A stretch of DNA of 64,000 nt from Terriglobales bacterium (GCA_049515835.1 JBEKTR010000001.1:10070-74069), one strand, 5' to 3'. Positions 26,714 through 36,875 are shown, counted from the first letter of the stretch. The notes: generated by a model not told the origin, from the sequence alone. Numbers and translations: made by a program.

Positions 26714-29700
26714 GTGCGCTCTTTTGCCATCACGTTGTTGATTGTCTTTGGCTTAGGCGCAACTGTGTTTGCACAATCTTCGCCTCATGCTGAAACGCCC
26801 GACTCCCGTCGCAAGAACGACGACTGGTTCCGTCATGGCCGCGCAATTCAGGGACAACCATCCGCCGCGCTTCGCTATCGCGCGTATTTGCAAAAACTTG
26901 CATTGGGAAAAAGCCATCCGTCCAACCCATCCGCCACATGGACGCCTCTCGGCCCCGCGCCGCTCGCTTCCGACGCAACCGGCCTAGGCCAGCAGGATTA
27001 CGGTTGGGTTTCCGGGCGAGCGACAGCTATTGCGGTCGATCCCTCCGATGCGACCGGCAATACGGTTTTCATCGGCGGCGCATACGGTGGCGTTTGGAAA
27101 TCCGCGAACGCGGGCCCGGCGAGTGCAAACCCGGCAAGCGTTGTTTGGACTGCGCTTACAGATAATCAAGCTACGCTTGCGGTTGGCGCGATCGCCGTCC
27201 AGCCGTGGTCGAGCGGAGTGCAGTCGTGCGTCAACAATCCACCGCAAAGCATTGTGCTGATTGGGACTGGCGAAACTGACAGCTCGCAGGATTCCTATTA
27301 CGGCTTGGGCATTCTGCATTCTGCCGACGGCGGACAGACGTGGGATTTAGTTGCGAGTGACTCGACGGGCACGCGTTCGTTCGCCGGATTGGGTCTCAGC
27401 AAGATTGCGTTCAGTACGTCCACGCCCAATTTAGTTGTCGCTGCGGCGGCAGCAACGTCGCAGGGTGTGCTCGACGGACTCGAAAATCCAGTAGGCGTGA
27501 ACCGCGGGATTTACTACGCGCCCGACTGCGGCGAAACTTGGACTTATGCGAACATTGCAGACAATGGCGTCGTAATCAGCCCAAGTTCTGCGACCAGCGT
27601 GATCTACAACGCGGGCGTGGGATTATTTTTCGCAGCAGTTCGCTATCACGGATTTTATTCTTCGCCCGATGGAATCAACTGGACACGATTGCTCAACCAG
27701 CCCGGCGCCGGTCTGACCTCGCTCGCATGTCCTCCGCAGACTACATCGCCCAGCGAGTGCCCCATCTACCGGGGAGAGATGGCCGTCGTCCCCGGCCGTA
27801 ACGAGATGTACGTCTGGTACGTGGACGCAAACGATGTGGATCAAGGCATTTGGCAAAGTTTCGACGGAGGCGTCACCTGGGCGCAAATTGACGAAACCGG
27901 AATTCTCGATTGCGGCGATTTGTTTGGCGGATGCGGCGCGGAAGATGGAACCTACAACCTGGAATTGGCGGCCGTACCCAATTGCGCGCAATCGGATCCG
28001 AGTTGCGGCGTGACGGACCTTTATGCCGGCGCAGTAAATATTTTCAAATGCGAACTCTCGCCGGAATTTCCTACGTGCAACCCTAATGTGAATCCGCCTC
28101 CGCCACCGAATGCAGTTTTTCTGAATCTCACACATGTCTATGGTTGTCCGCCGGACTTCGGCTCGACGGCGCATGTGCACGCTTCGCAACATGCCATCGG
28201 CTTCGAGTTGGTGCAGAACAACCAGCAGGTAGTCATGTACTTCGCGAACGACGGCGGCATCTATCGCGCATTGAACGGATTCACCGATCTCGATACCGGC
28301 ACATGCGGCCAAACCAATGACTTCGACAGCCTGAACCAGACGCTCGGCTCGATGACGCAGTTGGTCGGGTTCTCGCAATCGCCCAACGATCCCAATACGC
28401 TGCTCGCGGGCGCGCAGGCGAATGGCTCCCCCGCAACTGGATCGGCGGAAGGTGGGACTACATGGCAAAACGTGAATGAGCCTGACGGCGGATTCACGCT
28501 CATCAATCCCGCTAATGCGCTCGAATGGTTTACGGAAAACACGGGCATCAGCATTCAGAAGTGCGAATTGGGATTGAGTTGCACGTCGGAAGACTTCAAC
28601 AACGGCTTGATCGTCAGCAACGCTACGTTGGGTGGGGATATGGGGCCGTTGTTCACGCCGTTTATTTTCGACCCGCAGAGTGATGCGACCCTGGTGGTGG
28701 GTACATGCCGGGTATGGCGCGGTTCGACCGACGGTACGGGCTTTATCGCTGTGAGCGACAGTTTCGACACGGGCGCTCCGGGCACGTGCACGGGCCAGGA
28801 AGTCAATCAGGTTCGCGCATTGGCTGCGGGCGGCCCGGTGCAAGGCGGATTTTCAAACGTGATTTATGCGGGCACGGATGGTTACGGGCCGAACGCGACG
28901 CAGAGCCCTACAGGCGGGCATGTGTTGGTTACGACGAATGCGTTGCTGGGGCCCAACTCGTGGATGAACCAGACGGGCACTATCAATCCTGATTTCTTTC
29001 CGGTGTCCGCGATCGCGCTTGATCCGACCGACCCAACTGGTAACACCGCGTATGTGAGCATCATGGGATTCGGAGTGTCGCACATTTGGCAAACGACAAA
29101 CGCAGGCGTGAGTTGGAATGATTTCACCGGAACGGGTTCGAACGCTTTGCCCGACGCTCCAGCGAATGCGATTGCGCTGGATACGACTCAAGAGACGCTT
29201 TATGTCGGAACGGATGTGGGCGTCTTTTCTACAAGCACGTCCACGCCGAGTTGGAATGAAGTCGGGCCTGCGGCGCAAAGCGGTCAAAGCGGATTCTTGC
29301 CGAATGTGGCAGTCACGGAACTCGAACTTTTCAATGCGCAGGGAGAAAAACTGCTGCGAGCTTCGACCTACGGGCGTGGCGTGTGGGAGACACCGCTGGT
29401 AGCGACAGCAGATTTCCAGATCACAGTATCGAATAATCCGCTCACCGCATTCACGGGAACACAGGGCGTATTTCAAATTACGGTAAATGCGTTGAACGGC
29501 TACAGTGGCAATATTCAGTTCACGTGCCTCACCGGCCTGACCGCGCCGCCCTCGACTTGCAATGCTTCAGGCGGAGCGCAACTGGGAGGGGGAACGAACA
29601 GTGCGAATCTAACGGTAACCGTGGGTGGGGCGCCGACAACATACAACTTCTACCTAAAAGGCGCGGACCAGAATGGATTGAGCCATGAAATTGCGCTGAC

Positions 29701-31504
29701 GTTCGCGGTGGAGGGATTCAGCCTGGGCGCGCCGATACCACCCAGCGTCACGCTTGGTTCAGGAGCAACGTCGGGGCCGATTTCGATTTTGGTTTCTGCG
29801 ACGGGACCGTTCAGCGCGGGGGTGAATCTTACCTGTACGCCTCCTCCAAATCTCGGAGTCAATTGCGGCGCTTCCCCGACGACGGTCTTTCCGACATCCA
29901 CGAATCCTGCGCAGGCAATCCTGACAGTGAGCACGAGCGCAACGAGTCCGGCGGGCCAGTACACCCTCACGATTGGGGCGGCGAGTAATCCTGCAATTCC
30001 GGGCGAGCCGGCAATTACCCAGCCGTTGGGGCTAACCATCTCACCAGATTTTGCGTTGACGATGAACAATACATCGGCCAATGCAACAGAGGGTTTCCCG
30101 GCGACATTCACAGGAAGCCTGGGCACGCAAGATGGATACAGTAGTCTGGTCAATTTGAGTTGCGGCAGCGGCGCGCCTCCGACCTGTGTACCGAATCCGG
30201 CGAGCGTGGTGCCAACGCAAAGCGGGAGCGCGTTCGTTGTAACCGTCGAGAGCGGTTCAGTGGCGAATTACAACTTCAACCTCATCGCTCAGGGCACGGA
30301 CCAAAATCAGACGGCACATTCCGTTGCCCTGATTTTTGCTTCTACGAAGAGCACTGGGAGTCCTGATTTTGCGATTACGATTTCGAATCCGTTGCTGACG
30401 GCTGAAGTAAACTCCGACGCCGTGTTCATGGGAACGCTCACTGCACTGGACGGTTACAGCAGCCCAGTGAATTTAAGCTGCGGAGCGGGCTCGCCACCGG
30501 ATTGTACGCCATCGCCACTGACGCTGGCGCCAAACGCGGCAGGCGCGCCTTTTACAGTCACTGTGAACAGCAAGACCGCAGCGATATACGACTTCAACAT
30601 CGTGGCGCAAGGGACGGATGGGTCGCGAATCACGCATAGCACGGCGGTGGTGTTTGAGAGTTCAGCGACATTTTCATTTGTGAACAACACGGCACAGCAG
30701 ACGACCGCGCCGGGGCAGGCGGCGCAGTATAGCCTGAGCATCGCGCCTCTGGGAGGAAGCTTGCAGAACGCGGTGGATTTTTCGTGCGACGCATCGAGTC
30801 TTCCGGCCGGAGCAAGCTGCCAGTTCAAACCGGCGACGGTGGCGGCGGGCAGCGGCACAACGACAGTCGCGTTGATGGTAAACACTTCGACCGCGACACC
30901 GGTCGGCACGAGTCACATCACGGTGGCGGCGAGCTCTGGAGCAGTCACGACGGATGCAACGCCATCGCCAATCTTGACGGTCATGGGAAACGGGCAGGGA
31001 ACGACACCGTTTGTCATCAACAACACGACTGGGACGCAAACGGTGGCGCCGGGAGAAGCGATAACGTACATCCTCCAGGTTAGCAGCGGCGATAGCTTTA
31101 CAAACGACGTAAGTTTCGCGTGTTCGGGATTGCCCGCGGCGGCAAGTTGCGCGTTTAGTCCGGCACAAGTGACGCCGGGAACGATCGACGAGCCAAGCAT
31201 AACGACGCTGACGATCACGACGACGGCGCAGGTGATAGCTTTTGTGCCGGGTTGGGGTTACGGGCTCGCGGTGTTGCTGCCTGTCGCGTTCGTGACGTTT
31301 GGGGCTCGACGTGCGAGACGACGATGGGCCCGGGCTCTGCTGATAGGGGCTGTGGTTGGCATATTTCCTTCGTGCGGAGGAGGGACGGGAGTTGCGGGCG
31401 GCCAAGCGGGAACTCCGACAGGGACTTATACCGTCACCGTCACGGGAAGTTCAGGCGTGATTTCGGAGACGGCAGCGCCGCCGGTGGGGTTGGTGGTGCA
31501 GTGA
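26714..31504 (+). CDS. giant secreted/surface protein: BNR (Asp-box) beta-propeller region plus six Ig-like repeats plus C-terminal hydrophobic hairpin
   Basis: Signal peptide. Asp-boxes SADGGQTW, SPDGINW, SFDGGVTW and TNAGVSW. Repeated modules of about 95-100 aa (DFxL/I...GYSSxVNLSCGxGxPPxC...). The C-terminus is discussed in findings. Confidence 0.7.
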   Translation: MRSFAITLLIVFGLGATVFAQSSPHAETPDSRRKNDDWFRHGRAIQGQPSAALRYRAYLQKLALGKSHPSNPSATWTPLGPAPLASDATGLGQQDYGWVSGRATAIAVDPSDATGNTVFIGGAYGGVWKSANAGPASANPASVVWTALTDNQATLAVGAIAVQPWSSGVQSCVNNPPQSIVLIGTGETDSSQDSYYGLGILHSADGGQTWDLVASDSTGTRSFAGLGLSKIAFSTSTPNLVVAAAAATSQGVLDGLENPVGVNRGIYYAPDCGETWTYANIADNGVVISPSSATSVIYNAGVGLFFAAVRYHGFYSSPDGINWTRLLNQPGAGLTSLACPPQTTSPSECPIYRGEMAVVPGRNEMYVWYVDANDVDQGIWQSFDGGVTWAQIDETGILDCGDLFGGCGAEDGTYNLELAAVPNCAQSDPSCGVTDLYAGAVNIFKCELSPEFPTCNPNVNPPPPPNAVFLNLTHVYGCPPDFGSTAHVHASQHAIGFELVQNNQQVVMYFANDGGIYRALNGFTDLDTGTCGQTNDFDSLNQTLGSMTQLVGFSQSPNDPNTLLAGAQANGSPATGSAEGGTTWQNVNEPDGGFTLINPANALEWFTENTGISIQKCELGLSCTSEDFNNGLIVSNATLGGDMGPLFTPFIFDPQSDATLVVGTCRVWRGSTDGTGFIAVSDSFDTGAPGTCTGQEVNQVRALAAGGPVQGGFSNVIYAGTDGYGPNATQSPTGGHVLVTTNALLGPNSWMNQTGTINPDFFPVSAIALDPTDPTGNTAYVSIMGFGVSHIWQTTNAGVSWNDFTGTGSNALPDAPANAIALDTTQETLYVGTDVGVFSTSTSTPSWNEVGPAAQSGQSGFLPNVAVTELELFNAQGEKLLRASTYGRGVWETPLVATADFQITVSNNPLTAFTGTQGVFQITVNALNGYSGNIQFTCLTGLTAPPSTCNASGGAQLGGGTNSANLTVTVGGAPTTYNFYLKGADQNGLSHEIALTFAVEGFSLGAPIPPSVTLGSGATSGPISILVSATGPFSAGVNLTCTPPPNLGVNCGASPTTVFPTSTNPAQAILTVSTSATSPAGQYTLTIGAASNPAIPGEPAITQPLGLTISPDFALTMNNTSANATEGFPATFTGSLGTQDGYSSLVNLSCGSGAPPTCVPNPASVVPTQSGSAFVVTVESGSVANYNFNLIAQGTDQNQTAHSVALIFASTKSTGSPDFAITISNPLLTAEVNSDAVFMGTLTALDGYSSPVNLSCGAGSPPDCTPSPLTLAPNAAGAPFTVTVNSKTAAIYDFNIVAQGTDGSRITHSTAVVFESSATFSFVNNTAQQTTAPGQAAQYSLSIAPLGGSLQNAVDFSCDASSLPAGASCQFKPATVAAGSGTTTVALMVNTSTATPVGTSHITVAASSGAVTTDATPSPILTVMGNGQGTTPFVINNTTGTQTVAPGEAITYILQVSSGDSFTNDVSFACSGLPAAASCAFSPAQVTPGTIDEPSITTLTITTTAQVIAFVPGWGYGLAVLLPVAFVTFGARRARRRWARALLIGAVVGIFPSCGGGTGVAGGQAGTPTGTYTVTVTGSSGVISETAAPPVGLVVQ

Positions 31505-31943
31505 GCCAAAACTTACAACTTCTGCTTCGAGGAACGAAAAACAGCACACTCCGGCAGTCGGCAGTTTTGAATTCATGCCGATGTAGGAAGTGTAAGTTAT
31601 TGCAATGTTTGGAGTAGAATGTGCTGGGAGGTCATCAGTTCCCTTGTGCTAATGAAAGCATCTAATTACTCCAGTAACTTGATGAGAATTAGCTTTACAT
31701 TAGGCTGGATAAGAGGTAAAAGTGCCTGTTTTAATTTTGGCAGGCAAATCTGGCCGATCATCGAGACAAATCGCAACTGATTGGCGACTTTTTGCGCGAG
31801 TCTGCCGTTTTGATCTTGGTTCTTTGGCCGATGGAAGACGGCATTAGGTATGGCCGCCTGAGTGGAACGGTGGTTCTTTTTGCGGTGTTGATTTCAGGTA
31901 TCCTCCTAAGCTGGGGCCTGATATTGGAAGGCAGGGACGGGTT

Positions 31944-32192
31944 ATGAGTATCTACGGGTCGTGGGTTGCCACATTCGCCTTCCTCTTTGTAGTTTTTCTA
32001 ATAGGTCTGTTCCTACAAAAAAAAGAGAGAGCTGACCGATTGAATAGAAAAGCCGAAGAGTCAATCCGACGCGAGATGATGCGCAAGGCTATGCCGGAAG
32101 AGCCTTCCCGGTTTGGAACTAAATGCGGAAGCACCACGCAATACGAGAAGAGCATTCCATCCTCTTCGACTACATTGCGAGAGCACATTTAG
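31944..32192 (+). CDS. small membrane protein (hypothetical)
   Basis: N-terminal TM segment (WVATFAFLFVVFLIGLFL) followed by a highly charged helix. The ATG overlaps (ATGA) the stop of an unlisted upstream mini-ORF that also encodes TM segments. Confidence 0.35.
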   Translation: MSIYGSWVATFAFLFVVFLIGLFLQKKERADRLNRKAEESIRREMMRKAMPEEPSRFGTKCGSTTQYEKSIPSSSTTLREHI

Positions 32193-32798
32193 TCACCATC
32201 TCCTCCACAAGACCACACATGGTCGGGTACCCCGCCTCCATCGCTCGCTAGGGTGATGCGCGGAGTCTCTGGTGGATACCAGGAGTTGTACTAAACGCGG
32301 TAAATCGCGTCCCTCGCCCCGGTGTAACCCGAAAACACAGCGATTTAGTACTGTCTCGGCAGATTGTTAAGCAACCTGCCATCCTTTCGCTGTGTGCATG
32401 ATGAATGTTGCTGGTTCTGCCGTCGGACGATGCCTGTTTATCCTGAAATCACGCGAAGTTAGGATGTAAGCTCCTGCCAAACAAGGCTTTAGTGGCCGAC
32501 TTCGACGCGATTAGGCGGGTTTGTCAGATTGGGAAGCGATGCACTAATAGCACAGAGGTGCTATTTACATCCGAATGTTATGAGACTAAAGTTTTATCAG
32601 AATGCAGTCAGTGGGTAGTGACTGTTGGGCAGGGGTACTGCCTAGTTGTACCCTTTAGCGTCTCCTCGCTTTGAGAGATCCGACAGTTGGCCCAAATTTG
32701 TAGCTTTGGTTCTACGATCCCCCCAAATGCTACGCAGCAGCGAACCATACAGAGCACAAGGAGACTTGTGTCTCTAGACCGAATGGGGACTCGCCAAA

Positions 32799-33539
32799 AT
32801 GGCCTACGCAATTGCTTTACCCGAAATTACCGAAGTGATTCGTGTCTTAGCCGCGGACAGCACGCGGATGAATAGCCAGTTATTGACTTCGGCCCTGGAA
32901 CGCGACAAGCGCTTTGAAGTTTTGGGTGCAGTTTCTGAAACGAAAGCGATCATCGCGGCAGTGGTGGAAGAGAAGCCGGCGGTAGTGATTGTCAGCGCTC
33001 ATCTAGATGACGATCCCCGCAAGGGATTCGAAGTGGCGCGCGAACTCCGCGCTCTGCGCCCGGAAACCAGAGTTGTCATGTTGCTGGATGTTTCGGACCG
33101 CAGCCTGGTCGTGGAAGCGTTCCGTGTGGGCGCGCGGGGGGTGTTCTGCCGCAGCGAGTCCATGAAGTCGCTGGCGAAGTGCATACAGCGCGTGAGTGAA
33201 GGGCAGGTCTGGGCGAACAGCAAAGAATTGCGTTTTCTGCTGGAGGCGCTGGGCGAAGCGTTGCCGATGCGCATTGTGGATACGCGGGGGGCGGGTTTGC
33301 TCTCGCGGCGCGAGCAGGAAGTGGTGCGATGCGTGGCAGAGGGACTTTCAAACCGCGAGATTGCACAGCGGCTCGGGCTTACGGAACATACGGTCAAGAA
33401 TTATCTGTTCCGCATTTTCGACAAGTTGGGAGTTTCAAAGCGCGTGGAAGTGGTGCTGTACGCCTACAGCATGGGCAACACGCCGGATGCGATGCCGCTA
33501 CCGGAAATGGCCCCGCAGGAAGCGATGCAGGCGGTATAA
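32799..33539 (+). CDS. LuxR/FixJ-family response-regulator-like transcription factor with atypical receiver domain
   Basis: C-terminal LuxR HTH (LSRREQEVVRCVAEGLSNREIAQRLGLTEHTVKNYLFRIFDKLGV). Receiver-like N-terminus, but VVIVSAHL has Ser at the expected phospho-acceptor Asp. Confidence 0.8.
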   Translation: MAYAIALPEITEVIRVLAADSTRMNSQLLTSALERDKRFEVLGAVSETKAIIAAVVEEKPAVVIVSAHLDDDPRKGFEVARELRALRPETRVVMLLDVSDRSLVVEAFRVGARGVFCRSESMKSLAKCIQRVSEGQVWANSKELRFLLEALGEALPMRIVDTRGAGLLSRREQEVVRCVAEGLSNREIAQRLGLTEHTVKNYLFRIFDKLGVSKRVEVVLYAYSMGNTPDAMPLPEMAPQEAMQAV

Positions 33540-33565
33540 GAATCTAGATTTGGTAGGTAAAACCG

Positions 33566-33597
33566 GCCTCTGCCTTCGGGCAGGGGCTTTTGTCTTT
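33566..33597. terminator. rho-independent terminator (TTCG tetraloop), usable from both convergent genes
   Basis: Stem gcctctgcc/ggcaggggc (9 bp, including one G-T pair), loop ttcg, followed by ttttgtctttc. Confidence 0.6.
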
Positions 33598-33787
33598 CAG
33601 GGCGATGGGGGTGTCGAGCACCGGGAATAGTGCAGCTTGAATAAAGTTCTTCGAAGCTGCTTGCCCGCGTGCTACATTCGTCGGCCTTGAACGTTTTGTT
33701 TTTCTTGTGAATGGCAATTTTGAGACCCTCCGCCTAGCCGCAAAACCACTGCTACCAACGTCTGGCCTACCCCATTCGCACAAAGCG

Positions 33788-34624
33788 TCATTGGATCCAC
33801 ATAGGCGCGTGTGAGACTTCTACATAATTGGGTGGCTGAAGTATAAATTGGTGTTGTCCTTCGGGCGCGTTATTCAGGCATGCGCACGGCATCTTAAAAC
33901 GGTATACAACTACAGCGAGATGTTTCGCATTGGGTGAAAAGCTCCATTTTTTCACATTGGCTAGACAGTCTGGAATGAGAATCGGGTTTCCGAAGAGAGC
34001 GGACGCGTCTGAAACCGACCCTTTTTCATCGAGCTTGGCTTCGACCACGACCACGCCCTGTATTCTTGCTTCCCATGCCACGGGGTAGTCGATCTCAGCG
34101 AAATCTTGGAGTTGCATCTCGTTATCGCTGACCAATATTTTTGTTGCTTCTGCAAACGATTTCCGAGGTTTGTTCAGCACGATCGCATCAGACTTGCTTG
34201 GCCGACACGCCGTAAGGGTGACCAAATTAGGCGCATCAATTGTCAAGTAATCTGACGGCTGCTTGCAGATGCCTCTTGCGAATTGGAATCGATACACGAT
34301 GATGGCCGATTTTGTTGCGTTAGGTTTGAACCGCCACTTCTTTGCGTTCGCTAGAGTATCAGCGACTAACGTGTCGTTCCCAGAGAGGGCCGTAGCTTCT
34401 ACGACATCCCCCGTACTATCCAGCCGGTCTCGCACGACAACTATGCCTTCAGAATCGGACGCAGAGAATTGCGCCGCCGCGGGGTAAGTCATATCTGCGA
34501 AGTGAACAACCTCTATGTCTTTGTCGCTCAGTACGCTAGATGTCCCGTCGGACTGTGCGGAAGCGAAAGTCGAAATCGCCATAATAAGGGCGATCACAGA
34601 TACGTTCATCTTCTGCATGACCAT
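33788..34624 (-). CDS. secreted protein with two tandem TonB_C-like domains
   Basis: Signal peptide. The pattern YP..A......G.VVV...LD..G.V.....L.G...L....LAN.KKW.F.PN occurs twice. There is no TonB TM segment or Pro-rich region. Confidence 0.55.
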   Translation of the reverse strand: MVMQKMNVSVIALIMAISTFASAQSDGTSSVLSDKDIEVVHFADMTYPAAAQFSASDSEGIVVVRDRLDSTGDVVEATALSGNDTLVADTLANAKKWRFKPNATKSAIIVYRFQFARGICKQPSDYLTIDAPNLVTLTACRPSKSDAIVLNKPRKSFAEATKILVSDNEMQLQDFAEIDYPVAWEARIQGVVVVEAKLDEKGSVSDASALFGNPILIPDCLANVKKWSFSPNAKHLAVVVYRFKMPCACLNNAPEGQHQFILQPPNYVEVSHAPMWIQ

Positions 34625-34674
34625 TAAGGTTCTCCTTAAGTCATCGCAATTTAGATTGCTACTGTACGGTAAAG

Positions 34675-35709
34675 TTAGTTCGGTTTTTCGCTGCCGGGAT
34701 GCTTGACCACGCGGTTCAGGGATTCCTGCCAGTCTTTCAAGCGCTCGGAAATCTGTTGCATGTAGGCCTTGGCTTCGGCGGGACTGAGATGCTCGCCGTT
34801 CTTTCCGTGGATGGGTATCGGCATTGGCGGCGGCACCGGCGCGACGAGCGGTTTGGGAATAAAAGCAGGTTCGGGAGTTGGCGGAGTGTTAATCGAGCCG
34901 AGCCGGGTAATATCCAAGTCGGAAATTACTTCGTGGACAATAGCGGAATCGACGACTTTCTGCTGTAGCGCGCAGGCCAGCGAAAGGGCGTTGAAACAAA
35001 AATTATTGATGTTTCGGGGAATGCCTTCGGTGAATTCACAGATTTCCGCGAGAGCTTCGGGGGTGAACAGGGATTCGCCCTGGTAGCCGGCAACAGCCAG
35101 ACGATAGTCCACGTAGTTCCTGACTTCCGCGGCGGAAAGGGGCTCGAGGCGGTTGAGCATGGAAATGCGCTGCCGGAGCTGAGACAAGCCAGCACTGGCA
35201 AGTTTGTCCGCCAGTTCGGGCTGGCCGGCAAGGATAATTTGCAAGAGCTTGGCGCGCGGGGTCTCGAAATCGGAGAGCAGGCGAACGGTTTCGAGGACAG
35301 GCGGCTTCAGGTTCTGGGCTTCGTCCACAACGACGATAAATTTGCGTCCCTGGCGAGCTTCATGAAGGAGGCGCTTATTGAATTCGTCGTTCATTTTGAC
35401 GAAGTCGGTGGTGTCGCCCTCGTAGCCGAGTTCGACGAGCAGGAAACGCATGAATTCGCGCGAAGTGCACTGGGTTTGAAACAAGAAGGCGGTACGGGCC
35501 GAGCTGCGATATTTTTCCAACAGATGAAACAAAAGGGTGGTCTTGCCCATGCCGGGACGCGCGATCAGGCCGAGGAAGCCGCGATTGGCTTCGATGCCGT
35601 AGTCGAGTGAGGCCATGGCCTCACGATGAGAGGGACTCAAATAGAGAAAACGCGGATCGGGCGTAACGCCGAAGGGCTGCTCGCGAAATCCGAAAAACTT
35701 CAAATACAT
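34675..35709 (-). CDS. ExeA/GspA-type AAA ATPase (PEP-CTERM-locus 'secretion ATPase' type, TIGR03015-like)
   Basis: MYLKFFGFREQPFGVTPDPRFLYLSPSHREAMASL...GLIARPGMGKTTL (Walker A) ...FIVVVDEAQNL (Walker B). Confidence 0.8.
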   Translation of the reverse strand: MYLKFFGFREQPFGVTPDPRFLYLSPSHREAMASLDYGIEANRGFLGLIARPGMGKTTLLFHLLEKYRSSARTAFLFQTQCTSREFMRFLLVELGYEGDTTDFVKMNDEFNKRLLHEARQGRKFIVVVDEAQNLKPPVLETVRLLSDFETPRAKLLQIILAGQPELADKLASAGLSQLRQRISMLNRLEPLSAAEVRNYVDYRLAVAGYQGESLFTPEALAEICEFTEGIPRNINNFCFNALSLACALQQKVVDSAIVHEVISDLDITRLGSINTPPTPEPAFIPKPLVAPVPPPMPIPIHGKNGEHLSPAEAKAYMQQISERLKDWQESLNRVVKHPGSEKPN

Positions 35710-35989
35710 GGCATCTCCAAGGCGATGGCACCCACCAGCTCACAAAATGGGGAGGGATAGAAGCGAAGTTCTCAGGCAATGCAGGGTGGAGAAAGTCCGA
35801 CGCTCCCAAGGCCGACTTTGAAAATACTAACAAATTTGGGCGAGAGTTTGTGGAAAAACCTCTATTTACTTGGGTGGACAAGGGTTATAGAGACCTATGA
35901 CTCCTTGTGGGGGTAGGCGATTCCCCATTAGGATTAGTCAGCAAAGATTACTTGGTAATCACCCCCGGGACTTGGTGGCTTAGGCAGGC

Positions 35990-36724
35990 ATGACGTCGGA
36001 AATTACTCCAATTGCAAAAGTTAGGATCTTGGTGGCGGACTCGGCGGAAATGAGTTGCGACTTTCTAGCGGGAGCACTTGCCCAAGACCGCCGCTACGAG
36101 GCCCTGGCGGCCAGGACGCCGATGGAGATGGCGGAGCTATTGGCCCGAGAAACATTTCAGGTGTTGATTATTAGCGTCCGGTTTGGAGGAATTACGGATC
36201 GTCCCTTCGGACTGCTCCAAGAAGTGAAGAGCGCGTATCCGGAAATCAACATCATCGCCTTGCTGGATTCGCTCGACAAGACGCAGGTGGTGGAGGCATT
36301 CCGGGCGGGATCGCAAGGGGTCTTCTGCCGAAGCGACTCATTTCAGACATTATGCAAGTGCATCGCTTGCGTGAATGCCGGACAAACGTGGGCAACTTCG
36401 GAGCAAGTACTTTACCTGATTGAAGCGCTCTCGACCCAGCCAGCAGCACCCGAGGCGGTTTTGCCCTCGGCGCGGATGCTGAGCCCGCGAGAAGAAGAGA
36501 TTGCGCGGCTGGCGGCCCATGGACTGAGCAACCGGCAAATCTCCGAGCGCCTGGATCTGAGCGAACACACGGTGAAGAATTACATGTTCAGGGTATTCGA
36601 AAAGCTGGGGGTTTCGACGCGAGTGGAATTAACGCTCTACGCGTTGAAGTTGAGCACGCCGCAGAGGCCAAAAGTGCGGTTTGCACTTCCTCCGTTGAGG
36701 GAAAAGTGGTACGGAACCAGTTAA
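35990..36724 (+). CDS. LuxR/FixJ-family response-regulator-like transcription factor with atypical receiver domain (paralog of 32799-33539)
   Basis: Same architecture as 32799-33539. QVLIISVRFGG has Ser at the acceptor position. It shares GVFCRS(E/D)S and the LuxR HTH (LSPREEEIARLAAHGLSNRQISERLDLSEHTVKNYMFRVFEKLGV). Confidence 0.8.
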   Translation: MTSEITPIAKVRILVADSAEMSCDFLAGALAQDRRYEALAARTPMEMAELLARETFQVLIISVRFGGITDRPFGLLQEVKSAYPEINIIALLDSLDKTQVVEAFRAGSQGVFCRSDSFQTLCKCIACVNAGQTWATSEQVLYLIEALSTQPAAPEAVLPSARMLSPREEEIARLAAHGLSNRQISERLDLSEHTVKNYMFRVFEKLGVSTRVELTLYALKLSTPQRPKVRFALPPLREKWYGTS

Positions 36725-36875
36725 GCGCCACGCCGCATGATTACTCGTGCGATTCGAAGGGAATGAAAAGAGTCAGCGAAGTCGCTACACTAAGGTGAAG
36801 GGTGGGCGTACGGTTCTTCGTTTTCATTCGTTTCATCAGTTATTTCGGGTTCATTTGACGAGCAAGGGGATTGCC

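Noticed and set aside
27623-28843. 406-aa minus-strand ORF, the longest unassigned ORF in the track
   Set aside because: It is entirely antisense to the BNR/Asp-box region of the giant gene. Its composition is Arg/Ala-rich, typical of the shadow frame of a GC-rich CDS. There is no start context or recognisable motif.
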